Virus record (IMG/VR): IMGVR_UViG_3300030103_002567
Span: 1 to 58,057 of that record
DNA: 58,057 nt
Direction: 5' to 3' (one strand)
Source: a virus
Lineage: Duplodnaviria > Caudoviricetes
Shown here one piece after another: positions 1-8,296 of the stretch. The notes under the pieces are model-generated. The model was not told the DNA's origin, made no database searches, and was given only the letters and a program-made list of their open reading frames with translations. The stretch's first letter is position 1, and each line of letters starts with the position of its first letter. The position numbers and the translations under genes are program-made.

Positions 1-66
1 GCTAGATTCTAAGCGGTGCGCTATCTGCAACGGCATTGCAAAAACGGCAAAAGTTTACAAAGGGTG

Positions 67-92
67 CACAATAAAGCGAAGGGGGCAACGTT
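67..92 (+). promoter_or_regulatory. Copy of the bipartite early-promoter-like motif (CACAATAA-N11-CAACGTT), pointing inward from the left end
   Basis: CACAATAA AGCGAAGGGGG CAACGTT matches the 12 minus-strand copies at 52999-57909 in both boxes and spacing. Confidence 0.6.
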
Positions 93-159
93 TTACGAAA
101 CGTTTTAGTTTAGCAACGCAACGCTATAATATATATATTACCCAAAACGTCTATATGTC

Positions 160-720
160 TCACATATTTTTCAGCTCAATGTGCTTTACAAGGCTGGATG
201 TACTCTTGGGTTTCAGATGGGTCACATGGTCGGCAGCATCCATCTCGAACATTATGTATCTATTCTTGGGTTCTACCATGAACTCGGTTATCACCTCTCC
301 CTCACTGTCTACTCTACACAGACCATCCTTACATGAGAAATCGATAAACTCTAGATTCGCCAAAACTTTCGAGCCACCCACCTTTATATTAGACCCCCAT
401 AATCTATAGGGGGTACTCTTATAGATATACACTCTATCACTACTCATTGAGTCCTCGGTCATATACACCGATGTTATCGCACCATACACTCTACTCGGCT
501 CTATCGAGAACCTTAGGTTAAAGTCCTTATACATATCCATAGTGGTCATCCTCGAACAGGCGTTATAATATACTACTCCATCTATAGACTGAGGCTCATG
601 TTCAAGTCCTAATGAGAACCCCTTACCAATAATACCTACCCTCATAGAAGAGTAGTAATTCTTTGAACCATACTTAGGCTTCCTATTCTGAGCCTCGAAC
701 TCTATACCAAATCTTTTCAT
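160..720 (-). CDS. Hypothetical protein (186 aa)
   Basis: ATG-started ORF, tightly packed in the minus-strand block; no recognisable motif. Confidence 0.7.
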   Translation of the reverse strand: MKRFGIEFEAQNRKPKYGSKNYYSSMRVGIIGKGFSLGLEHEPQSIDGVVYYNACSRMTTMDMYKDFNLRFSIEPSRVYGAITSVYMTEDSMSSDRVYIYKSTPYRLWGSNIKVGGSKVLANLEFIDFSCKDGLCRVDSEGEVITEFMVEPKNRYIMFEMDAADHVTHLKPKSTSSLVKHIELKNM

Positions 721-721
721 A

Positions 722-898
722 TCAATCAGCGCATCTTTCGTAACTATAACTTGTGTTCTCGTCAGAGTTCTTGTTTAATATGCCAACCAGAGAGTGTACG
801 TCCTCGTGGCTATCCAAACTAAGAACCTCACCCCATGGGTCTAACATATACACAACAACATCCTTATCATCTAACTTCTTTAATATCTTATAGCTCAT
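722..898 (-). CDS. Small hypothetical protein (58 aa, MSYKILKKLDDKDVVVYMLDPWGEV...)
   Basis: Translated by hand; fills the gap between the M23 gene and 160..720, overlapping one and abutting the other. Confidence 0.7.
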   Translation of the reverse strand: MSYKILKKLDDKDVVVYMLDPWGEVLSLDSHEDVHSLVGILNKNSDENTSYSYERCAD

Positions 899-1538
899 AA
901 CTAAATCCTTTACGTTTTATCAAAATACTATCTCTTGAGTGCAGCACATCGTCAGGGTCTATGGGCACACCCAGAAACCGAGTCTCATAATGTAGATGTG
1001 GCCCTGTCGACCTGCCTGTAGAACCTATCACCCCTATAGGGTCGCCTGCAAGTAAGGTATCACCCTCCTCAACCAATAGACTCCAGTGGTGAGCATAGTA
1101 CGTCTCAAGTCCGTTATAATGTCTAACGACAACTAAGTTGCCGTAGCCTCCATTATACCCTAGACTTGAATACCTAACCACTCCATCGAATGAAGACACT
1201 GACGTGTCCCTATTACATCCCGAATAGTCTACACCGTAGTGCATCCTACCCCATCTCCATCCGTACCCACTTGACTTATGAGCAAGAACAGGAAATACAG
1301 CGCTATCGTAATGTATCACTATGGAGTCTACAGCACTGTCGTGCTCGTAGTGTATGTATGGACAGTCATCACCGTATAGCGTGTCCAAAAAAAGAGGAGG
1401 CTCTTCAACCTCAACGGTATCCAAAACCTCCTCCTCTTCACATAAAAAGAAATCCTCGTTGAATTTATCTCTGTTGCAAAATAGTATGGCTATATCAATT
1501 AACAATATCCCCACAGCTATGGTCAATATATTATTCAT
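888..1538 (-). CDS. M23 family (LytM-like) zinc peptidoglycan endopeptidase with an N-terminal membrane anchor
   Basis: SSGYGWRWGRMHYGVD (HxxxD), GGYGNLVVVRH, YAH, GSTGRSTGPHLHYE (HxH); hydrophobic N-terminus. Confidence 0.93.
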   Translation of the reverse strand: MNNILTIAVGILLIDIAILFCNRDKFNEDFFLCEEEEVLDTVEVEEPPLFLDTLYGDDCPYIHYEHDSAVDSIVIHYDSAVFPVLAHKSSGYGWRWGRMHYGVDYSGCNRDTSVSSFDGVVRYSSLGYNGGYGNLVVVRHYNGLETYYAHHWSLLVEEGDTLLAGDPIGVIGSTGRSTGPHLHYETRFLGVPIDPDDVLHSRDSILIKRKGFSYEL

Positions 1539-1770
1539 CCTCCCTATATATTATATATGATGGCAGCTTGCTGAGAGGACTGTATACTACCCTTATGGTG
1601 TCCCAGCCATTAGTCAGTGTATAGACAACATTATTGTCTATTAACTGAACTAAACTACGGTAGCCGTCTTGATAGGATTCCTTCATCAACTGCTCTTGTG
1701 TAAGTGTAAAATACGGATGTTGTCCGTAACAACAAGACAAACACATAAAAAATATTATAATAGCTTTCAC
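1531..1770 (-). CDS. Hypothetical secreted protein (79 aa)
   Basis: Signal-peptide-like N-terminus MKAIIIFFMCLSCCYGQ; overlaps the M23 start. Confidence 0.65.
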   Translation of the reverse strand: MKAIIIFFMCLSCCYGQHPYFTLTQEQLMKESYQDGYRSLVQLIDNNVVYTLTNGWDTIRVVYSPLSKLPSYIIYREDE

Positions 1771-1774
1771 TTTG

Positions 1775-1848
1775 TACTCCCATCAGGAATCGAACCTGAA
1801 ACCTACTGCTTAGAAGGCAGTTGCTCTATCCAGTTGAGCTATAGGAGC
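1775..1848 (-). tRNA. tRNA-Arg (anticodon UCU, reads AGA)
   Basis: Minus strand GCTCCTATAGCTCAACTGGATAGAGCA ACTGC CT-TCT-AA GCAGT AGGTT TCAGG TTCGATT CCTGA TGGGAGT A folds into a full cloverleaf; CCA not encoded. Confidence 0.96.
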
Positions 1849-1889
1849 ATACTCTAAGATTATACTATTATACTACATAAACAAGGATT

Positions 1890-2070
1890 TATGACTAAAG
1901 TCGTCATTTAGATGACGAGAATAGTGACGAGAATTGATATCTAACTAATTGATTATCAATACTAGTGACGACTTTGACGACTTTTTTCTTGATTTTTAAA
2001 AGAAATAAAAAAAGATATATAAGAATATATATATATAGAAAAAGCAGGGATGAACTTGTCAGACTCGTCA
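1890..2070. repeat. TGACGA iteron-like repeats around an AT-rich core (candidate replication origin)
   Basis: TGACGA at 1913, 1925, 1966, 1975; inverted TCGTCA at 1901, 2065; AT-rich stretch about 1981-2043; located at a strand switch. Confidence 0.55.
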
Positions 2071-2105
2071 CACACTGCTATATTAGTGGCATAAAATTAA
2101 ATGTA

Positions 2106-3719
2106 ATGAATGAGTCAGGATATACACCAAAAGATTTACACTTTGACCAGGAGGCAAGAGAACGCCTTATATCTGGCATAGAAAAGATTGCTAAGGCAGT
2201 CAAGTCCACAATGGGCCCTATGGGTAAGACAGTTATCATAGAGTCGCCTAACCACACACATGGAATCACAGTTACCAAAGATGGAGTCACCGTGGCTAAA
2301 GCCGTGGCATTACTAGACCCGATTGAGAATCTAGCTGTAAAGATGGTTAGAGAGGCTGCCGACAGGACAGCCCTGTCGTCAGGTGATGGAACTACCACCG
2401 CTATCGTATTAACGGAGTCTATTGTTATGGAAGGGTTAAAAATGATTGAGCCACACCATAATGTGTCTGAGGTTATACGATGTATAAACAGGGAGTGCGA
2501 GAAAGTAATAGAAAAGCTAAACGAACACTCTATAAGTATAAACGAAAAGAGATTAAAGGATGTAGCGACTATATCTGCCAATAACGACCCTGATATAGGA
2601 AGTATCATCCATGATACCTATAAGAAGGTTGGAATGAAGGACGGTATAGTTACTGTAGAGAAAAGCCAGACTACGGAGACTAGTTCTGATGTTACGGACG
2701 GAATCAAGATAGATAGAGGGTATACTTCACCCTTATTCATAAACAACCACAAAAAGGATGAGTGCGTTTTTGATAACGTAGACATTCTTGTTACTGACAG
2801 CTCTATTGACAACCTTGAGAAGATTGCTCCTGTTCTTAATGCATGCATCACAGAGGGACGTAAGCTATTGATTATAGGACCATGCTCTCAGAATACTATG
2901 AACGCCTTAGCGGCTAATGCTGTAAGAGGTAAGCTTCAGGTGTGTAATGTATTACCACCAGACTTTGGATTCCGTAAGCACGAGCTGATGAGCGACATTG
3001 CTCTATCTGTTGGGGCTAAGTACTTCTCTGAGCAGACTATAGACAGTATACAGTTCTGTACTGTAGCTGACCTAGGAAAGGCTGACAGGGTCATTGTAGA
3101 CAGAGATGGCACTGTTGTCATTGGAGGTAAGGGAGACCAAGAGGAGATTGCTAGTCGCATTGAGGAGCTGAAGTCTGCTAAGGATAACTCGAAGAAGAAA
3201 GCTGAGAAGGACTTCATCCAAAGACGTATTGCAGGACTTAGAGGTTCGATAGGTGTAATACGTGTAGGGGGTAACTCAGATGTTGAGCAGAAGGAGCTGT
3301 ACGACAGAGTGGACGACGCTGTGTGTGCTGTGCGCTCTGCGCTTGATGATGGGGTGCTGCCAGGCGGAGGGGTTGCTCTACATAACGAGAGCATAGACCT
3401 GTTAGAGGTTGGTGAAACTCAAGAGGAGACTGTGGCCAGGAAGATTTTATTAGAGGCCATAAAAGCTCCTATGCGTCAGATACTTGAGAATGCAGGGTTG
3501 GACCACAACGAGATAGTCTCTAAGATTCAGTGTACCGCCACAGGTAGAGAGGGTTACGACGTTAAGAACGGGGTGCATGGTGACATGATTGACATGGGTA
3601 TTATTGACCCGACCAAGGTTACTAAGAACGCTCTGCGTAATGCTGTCTCTGTTGCGACAACTATACTAGGTACGAATGCGATAATCACAATGGCTAGAAG
3701 TTATGAGACCAGTAAATAA
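2106..3719 (+). CDS. groEL: Phage-encoded chaperonin GroEL (Cpn60), about 537 aa
   Basis: AVKSTMGPMG, VTKDGVTVAK, GDGTTTA, VATISANND, DRVDDAVCAVRSA, GVLPGGG, GIIDPTKV; start moved to the ATG at 2106. Confidence 0.97.
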   Translation: MNESGYTPKDLHFDQEARERLISGIEKIAKAVKSTMGPMGKTVIIESPNHTHGITVTKDGVTVAKAVALLDPIENLAVKMVREAADRTALSSGDGTTTAIVLTESIVMEGLKMIEPHHNVSEVIRCINRECEKVIEKLNEHSISINEKRLKDVATISANNDPDIGSIIHDTYKKVGMKDGIVTVEKSQTTETSSDVTDGIKIDRGYTSPLFINNHKKDECVFDNVDILVTDSSIDNLEKIAPVLNACITEGRKLLIIGPCSQNTMNALAANAVRGKLQVCNVLPPDFGFRKHELMSDIALSVGAKYFSEQTIDSIQFCTVADLGKADRVIVDRDGTVVIGGKGDQEEIASRIEELKSAKDNSKKKAEKDFIQRRIAGLRGSIGVIRVGGNSDVEQKELYDRVDDAVCAVRSALDDGVLPGGGVALHNESIDLLEVGETQEETVARKILLEAIKAPMRQILENAGLDHNEIVSKIQCTATGREGYDVKNGVHGDMIDMGIIDPTKVTKNALRNAVSVATTILGTNAIITMARSYETSK

Positions 3720-3966
3720 ATATATTATAATCGAAAAGATAGAGGAGGAGCTCGTCAATAAGGAGGGGCTGATTCTATCTAAGGACGATGAGATTCACTA
3801 CAGATACAAGAAGGCTCGCGTGTTAGGCGTGGGCGAGAACGTGTCTGAGATTTCAAGTGGCGACCATATATACTACGACCAGTCGGGTGGGTACGACATG
3901 ATGATAGATGGCGAGAAGCATACCATCATACTTGACCGCGACGTTGTTGTCGTTCTTGATTCATAG
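3703..3966 (+). CDS. groES: Co-chaperonin GroES (Cpn10)
   Basis: MRPVNKYIIIE...GLIL...ARVLGVGENV..ISSGDHIYY...IDGEKHTIILDRDVV fits the Cpn10 pattern; overlaps the end of groEL. Confidence 0.88.
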   Translation: MRPVNKYIIIEKIEEELVNKEGLILSKDDEIHYRYKKARVLGVGENVSEISSGDHIYYDQSGGYDMMIDGEKHTIILDRDVVVVLDS

Positions 3967-4339
3967 ACTCAATGGCTCTACGCCTTCTACGTTTCATATA
4001 AGTTTCGTCATTCCGAAGTGCAGGGTCTACTTCCTGTACACTCTCTCCTGACAGCACGCTGTACAGGTTGCGAATCATGCGCTTACTATTCGGACTGACT
4101 TCATAGAGGCCCTTTATGGGGCCTCTTTTACTTAGGTTGACTATCCACCCGTTAGATACTAATCGAGCAAACCTATTCTTGTCCCATGAGAAAACCTTCT
4201 CGAACCTCTTAAAGTGTTCACGCCTAAACCTTCCTTCATCAAAAAGGAAGAGTAGCATTTCTAAATCTGGGTACGATAATTTATGCTTGTCGCAGATGTA
4301 CATGCGTACCGTGCGCCAATACTTGAGATAATTATTCAT
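3926..4339 (-). CDS. Putative winged-helix (MarR-like) DNA-binding protein
   Basis: LSYPDLEMLLFLF...RFARLVSNGWIV...LYEVSP resembles a wHTH; lone minus-strand gene; start taken at MNNYLK. Confidence 0.55.
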   Translation of the reverse strand: MNNYLKYWRTVRMYICDKHKLSYPDLEMLLFLFDEGRFRREHFKRFEKVFSWDKNRFARLVSNGWIVNLSKRGPIKGLYEVSPNSKRMIRNLYSVLSGESVQEVDPALRNDETYMKRRRRRAIESMNQERQQRRGQV

Positions 4340-4365
4340 TATATTTGATTGATAAATATACAAAG

Positions 4366-4608
4366 GTGAGTAAGACTTCCGACTACTATAAATCAAATCC
4401 TGAGGCTAGAGAGAAGAGGCTTGAGTACCAAAGGAGGTATAACAGGCAAAGAAGGGAGCGATTGAGAAGAAGCTTCCTTAATAAAGAGAATAGAAAAAGG
4501 GGTACTTACGGAAATGGCGACGGACTGGATGTTTCTCACAGAAGCGATGGTTCGACGTTTTTAGAAGATGAAGGAACAAACAGAGCAAGAAACAGAGGCA
4601 AGGCATGA
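4366..4608 (+). CDS. Small basic HNH-like protein
   Basis: GDGLDVSH...E...NRARN pattern of minimal phage HNH-like proteins; GTG start downstream of TATATTTG at 4340-4347. Confidence 0.55.
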   Translation: MSKTSDYYKSNPEAREKRLEYQRRYNRQRRERLRRSFLNKENRKRGTYGNGDGLDVSHRSDGSTFLEDEGTNRARNRGKA

Positions 4609-4922
4609 GTATATTGAATCCAAGATTTAGGAGAGGACCATTCTCTATGAGGTTTGCACAGTTCAACCCTTTGCAGAGTCAGTATACGCCACAGGCAAGC
4701 CTGACCATGAGAGGTAAAAGGGGTTTAACAACTACACTTAGCACCACCATGAGAAACACTCAGCCTGCTCCATTCTTAAAAGAAGGGTTTCAATATAAGC
4801 CTGCGCTTAGCTTTGGGGCTAACTTCAATAAAAGATTTAAAAAGGGTAACTTAAACCTTAATGTTAATGTAGACCCAAAGGGGCCACAGAAGGTCTCTGC
4901 GGGAGTTAGATACACGTTCTAA
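4605..4922 (+). CDS. Hypothetical basic protein (105 aa)
   Basis: ATGA overlap with the upstream gene; ends in beta-strand-like SAGVRYTF. Confidence 0.7.
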   Translation: MSILNPRFRRGPFSMRFAQFNPLQSQYTPQASLTMRGKRGLTTTLSTTMRNTQPAPFLKEGFQYKPALSFGANFNKRFKKGNLNLNVNVDPKGPQKVSAGVRYTF

Positions 4923-5089
4923 TGGCAAAAGGAAGAACAAAAAAGAAAGGAAATAAAATTTGTCCAGAGGGCATAGCCTGGGCAAAGAGGACGTTTGATA
5001 CATACCCATCAGCGTATGCGAACATGGCGGCCTCTAAGTATTGTAAAGACCCGAACTATGCTAAGGGTGCTAAAAAAGGTAAGAAATAA
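4922..5089 (+). CDS. Small basic protein (55 aa) with a YPSAYAN motif
   Basis: Hand translation MAKGRTKKKGNKICPEGIAWAKRTFDTYPSAYANMAASKYCKDPNYAKGAKKGKK; TAATG coupling on both sides. Confidence 0.8.
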   Translation: MAKGRTKKKGNKICPEGIAWAKRTFDTYPSAYANMAASKYCKDPNYAKGAKKGKK

Positions 5090-5271
5090 TGCCAACAGTA
5101 ACATATAAATGCGGAATGTCTGGAAGGGAAATGACTAAAACGTTTCCTTATAATGCGACTGGGAAAGCTCAAGCTGACTCTTTTGCTAAAGTGACAGGCG
5201 GGACTTTGGTCAACAATCCAAACTACGGTATGGAGGGCCAGTCAACTACTAAGAAAAACAAGTCTTATTAA
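5089..5271 (+). CDS. Small hypothetical protein (60 aa)
   Basis: TAATG coupling to the upstream gene. Confidence 0.75.
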   Translation: MPTVTYKCGMSGREMTKTFPYNATGKAQADSFAKVTGGTLVNNPNYGMEGQSTTKKNKSY

Positions 5272-5272
5272 T

Positions 5273-5434
5273 ATGGCTGATAAGAAAAGAGTTGCTGCCC
5301 CTAAAGGATTTCATTGGATGAAGGGCAGGGGTGGTAAACTCAAATTAATGAAGGACCCTTCATCTGGATATAAAAAGCATGCTGGTTCTTCCAAGTATGC
5401 TGATTTCCCAATTCAAAAAATACATAGGAAATAA
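5273..5434 (+). CDS. Small basic protein (53 aa, MADKKRVAAPKGFHWMK...)
   Basis: Hand translation; fills the gap and is TAATG-coupled to the next ORF. Confidence 0.75.
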   Translation: MADKKRVAAPKGFHWMKGRGGKLKLMKDPSSGYKKHAGSSKYADFPIQKIHRK

Positions 5435-5583
5435 TGGCAGGTTCAGTAAGATATGGCGATATAAACATAAGTGACGCTCAGGTTGATAGGCTTTTAACTG
5501 CTAAGCAGCAAACATTACCAAAAGACCTTCAGAAGAAAATAGTAAAGTCTAAATTGAAAGACAACAAACGTGGGAGAGCTTAA
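5434..5583 (+). CDS. Small basic protein (49 aa, MAGSVRYGDINISDAQ...)
   Basis: Hand translation; TAATG coupling. Confidence 0.7.
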   Translation: MAGSVRYGDINISDAQVDRLLTAKQQTLPKDLQKKIVKSKLKDNKRGRA

Positions 5584-5824
5584 AAAATGGAGAGACGAGA
5601 AATGGGTACGAATAGGGACGGATGGTTCTATACTGGGCGCTTGTGGTACGAGCAAGAACAAGAAGAACCCAGACCGTTGCCTACCCCTGAAGAAGGCTCA
5701 GAGCATGAGCAAGGCGGAGCGTGCTGCCACTGCAAGGAAAAAGAAGCGTGCGGGTGCGAGAGGGAAGACTGTGGTTGCGAACACTGCTGCAGGAAGAGTA
5801 ACTAAAAAATATACTAAGCGATGA
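5570..5824 (+). CDS. Basic protein of the LKKW.EKW / CLP type (possibly DUF5872-like)
   Basis: GELKKWRDEKWV...CLP...MSKAERAATARKKK; family name from memory, unverified. Confidence 0.65.
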   Translation: MGELKKWRDEKWVRIGTDGSILGACGTSKNKKNPDRCLPLKKAQSMSKAERAATARKKKRAGARGKTVVANTAAGRVTKKYTKR

Positions 5825-6270
5825 TAGATTACAATAGCATACCATTCAAGAACTCAGCCATTGATAAAATAGCTGGAACTCTCGGTAAAAAGAGAGATGT
5901 AGGACTTGGGGATACTCCTCAGGGTGGATACTCTAAGATTGTTACGGTCAAAGGCCCTCATACTTCTATTAGAAGGGAAACAAGATTAGAGCCTTCAGGA
6001 GATGTGTCTTTTAGTTTGTCCAAAGAGTTAAAGCATAAGAACAGGGTCAAAACAAAAGATGTGCAAATATCTGATGGTAGGGGCACAATAACCACGGTCA
6101 GGAAGACTGGCAAGGGTATTGTGACTAGAGAAATGAACATAAGGCCAGGCAGAGCAAGAAGGCTTCAAAGAAGATACACGAGAAGGGTTAACAGGATGCA
6201 TACAGACGGAGGCCCAGGGGCTACTCAAGTTCCTACTCAAGGAGGGGGTATGATATATAAATACGAATAA
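5821..6270 (+). CDS. Hypothetical Arg/Lys-rich protein (149 aa)
   Basis: ATGA overlap; strongly basic. Confidence 0.7.
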   Translation: MIDYNSIPFKNSAIDKIAGTLGKKRDVGLGDTPQGGYSKIVTVKGPHTSIRRETRLEPSGDVSFSLSKELKHKNRVKTKDVQISDGRGTITTVRKTGKGIVTREMNIRPGRARRLQRRYTRRVNRMHTDGGPGATQVPTQGGGMIYKYE

Positions 6271-6293
6271 TCCATAATTAGTATCTTTAAGAC

Positions 6294-6467
6294 ATGAAAA
6301 AATTAAACGAAATTTTAAAGTGGGCTACCAGCGATTTAGCGGTAGCAGTGTATGCTGCAATTATTGCAGGAGTTTTGTTAGCTAAGGGTGTTACTGTTAT
6401 TGGCGGTGCAGGCCTAGGCATCGCTGCCACAAAGTTGTGGTCTGCGACTAAATCTTTGATAAAATAA
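6294..6467 (+). CDS. Small membrane protein (57 aa)
   Basis: Hand translation MKKLNEILKWATSDLAVAVYAAIIAGVLLAKGVTVIGGAGLGIAATKLWSATKSLIK; TATCTTTA box just upstream at 6282-6289. Confidence 0.75.
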   Translation: MKKLNEILKWATSDLAVAVYAAIIAGVLLAKGVTVIGGAGLGIAATKLWSATKSLIK

Positions 6468-6471
6468 AAAT

Positions 6472-6969
6472 ATGCCAAAGTATAAATTACCAATGAGAGA
6501 TAGGGCCATTGACGTCCTTGGTGTTGTAGAGCCTCAATCAACAATGAAAGGTGGGAACAGACAATACTATACAATGGGTCGTGGAGCGGGCCAGGGTCAA
6601 TCGCCTGAGGGCCACTATAGATACTCTCAAAATATAGGGACTATAGGCTATAAAAATAAAAGGGGTAAAGGAAAGAAAATTAGCGTTACCGAAACAAACC
6701 TTTCCAAGGATGAGCAGTACCTGCCATCTGGTCAAATGAGATATGAGTATTCATTTGGGAAAGGAGGTAGAAGAACTAAAAGCTTTGTGGGAACCTATGA
6801 ACCAGACACTAGAGCTGGAGGTGACGACTACTATGTTGCTACAGGATTTGCATCCAAAAAGGATGAAAGAAAATACAAGAGATTTAGTAGAAAAGTAGAG
6901 CGATTTAACAAAAAGGCTGAGAAAAGAGGCTTGTCTCCTTTAAGCATTCCTGAGTTCAGACTTTTTTAA
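6472..6969 (+). CDS. Hypothetical basic protein (165 aa)
   Basis: ORF in the co-oriented cluster; TAATG-coupled to the next gene. Confidence 0.7.
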   Translation: MPKYKLPMRDRAIDVLGVVEPQSTMKGGNRQYYTMGRGAGQGQSPEGHYRYSQNIGTIGYKNKRGKGKKISVTETNLSKDEQYLPSGQMRYEYSFGKGGRRTKSFVGTYEPDTRAGGDDYYVATGFASKKDERKYKRFSRKVERFNKKAEKRGLSPLSIPEFRLF

Positions 6970-7259
6970 TGGCGGACAAGGCTTCAATGCCCTGTAATAA
7001 GCCTAGAAGGTCAGACCGAGCAGGGAAAAAGAAAATGGTCAAAGCGTGCGAAGGGGGCAAGGAGAAGCTAATCCACTTCGGGGCTAAGGGCTATGGGCAT
7101 AACTATTCTGCTGCGGCAAGAAAATCATTCAGGGCAAGGCATAAGTGTGGTACAGCTAAGAGCAAGCTTACTGCTCGCTACTGGGCGTGTAAGACATTAT
7201 GGGCTGGCAAGGGTGGTTCAACTAAATCATCCCCCAAAAGCAGGAAAGGAAAATACTAG
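6969..7259 (+). CDS. Basic protein of the FG..GY...RKSF.ARH...A.YWA...LW type (possibly DUF5754/DUF6321-like)
   Basis: LIHFGAKGY...ARKSFRARHKC...LTARYWACKTLW; family name from memory, unverified. Confidence 0.7.
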   Translation: MADKASMPCNKPRRSDRAGKKKMVKACEGGKEKLIHFGAKGYGHNYSAAARKSFRARHKCGTAKSKLTARYWACKTLWAGKGGSTKSSPKSRKGKY

Positions 7260-7282
7260 TATATTTACAAAAACATTTCTAA

Positions 7283-8125
7283 ATGGATAGGCAGAGAAGA
7301 TTTAATAGGAGAAACAACCCAAGAAGGGCCTTTAGAACAACCAATCTAAACAGGGTTACAGATGACCAGGGTAATATCATTGGCTATCAGTCCGTAACTA
7401 CTCAGTCTAGGAGAAAAGCCAAGGGCAAGTCATACAGAGAGAAAACATTAACTCCTGTGTTTGATGCTGCTGGAAACCAGGTTGGATTTGAAAGAAATGT
7501 TACAAGATATAGAAACGTCAACCAAAGCAGAAAAGATAGAGCTAGAGGTCGAGGAGTTGCATACACGCCAGGCGACGAGAAAGGAGCTGAGTACGTAGAA
7601 ACAAGAAGCAGAACAAGGCTAAGAGGAGATGCGAGGAATCTTCCTAAGACATCTAGAATGAACACTTCTATTGGTTCTAGAGCAAGGGCTTATGGCGCTA
7701 CAGGAGGATATGGAGGAGGTAGCTACACTCCAAAAAAAGAGGGCATGACTATGAAGGAGGCATTCTTCAGCATGAAGCCTGGGGATAGCATAGATGAAAG
7801 CGCACCATTGGCAGCTACTGGAATGGGCAGATACTCTAGAAATAGAAGAAAACTAGCCAAGCAGGGAGTTGAAGACTTTAATGCAAACAGAAGGCTTGCA
7901 GCTCACTTGAGGACAGAGGGCACTTTGCGACGTTCAAGAAAAATCGAAAGAAAGCTTCAGCGAAGCACTACAAATGTAAACCCATACACAGGCTCTTATA
8001 GAGGAGCTAGGTTTAACCCAGATGCTGGATTCAAGGGTATGGTTAACCTTCAAGGAGGTCCAGTAAGTACCAAAGGTAATGCTTATCAATACTCAAGAAC
8101 CACAGGAATTTACGGAGTAAGATAA
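7283..8125 (+). CDS. Highly Arg-rich hypothetical protein (280 aa)
   Basis: Long ORF with many AGA codons; TATATTTA box at 7260-7267. Confidence 0.75.
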   Translation: MDRQRRFNRRNNPRRAFRTTNLNRVTDDQGNIIGYQSVTTQSRRKAKGKSYREKTLTPVFDAAGNQVGFERNVTRYRNVNQSRKDRARGRGVAYTPGDEKGAEYVETRSRTRLRGDARNLPKTSRMNTSIGSRARAYGATGGYGGGSYTPKKEGMTMKEAFFSMKPGDSIDESAPLAATGMGRYSRNRRKLAKQGVEDFNANRRLAAHLRTEGTLRRSRKIERKLQRSTTNVNPYTGSYRGARFNPDAGFKGMVNLQGGPVSTKGNAYQYSRTTGIYGVR

Positions 8126-8283
8126 TGAAGTCGAGAGGATTAGGCGATAGCATAGAGAAGTTTACTAAGGTTACGGGAATAAAAAAGGTTGTCGAGAAAG
8201 CTTCGGAGGTTACAGGTAAGCCGTGTGGATGCGGTGAGCGAAGGGACACCTTGAACAGGCTGTTTCCGTATGATAGAAAATAG
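8125..8283 (+). CDS. Small protein (52 aa) with GLGD...TGIK...CGC..R...LN motif
   Basis: Hand translation MKSRGLGDSIEKFTKVTGIKKVVEKASEVTGKPCGCGERRDTLNRLFPYDRK; TAATG coupling. Confidence 0.8.
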   Translation: MKSRGLGDSIEKFTKVTGIKKVVEKASEVTGKPCGCGERRDTLNRLFPYDRK

Positions 8284-8284
8284 T

Positions 8285-8292
8285 TAAATTTG
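8285..8292 (+). promoter_or_regulatory. Bacteroidota sigma-A -7 box TAAATTTG
   Basis: Matches the TAnnTTTG consensus, 5 nt before the ATG at 8297. Confidence 0.55.
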
Positions 8293-8296
8293 CATT

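Noticed and set aside
1669-1857. 62 aa plus-strand ORF
   Set aside because: It is the antisense reading of tRNA-Arg and the 1531..1770 gene
1965-2105. 47 aa N-terminal extension of GroEL in the ORF track
   Set aside because: Runs through low-complexity repeat DNA; GroEL similarity begins at the ATG at 2106
2078-3394. Long antisense ORFs inside groEL (and similar ones inside terL, capsid, muzzle, giant protein and primase)
   Set aside because: Shadow ORFs produced by codon bias of the real genes; no motifs or leaders
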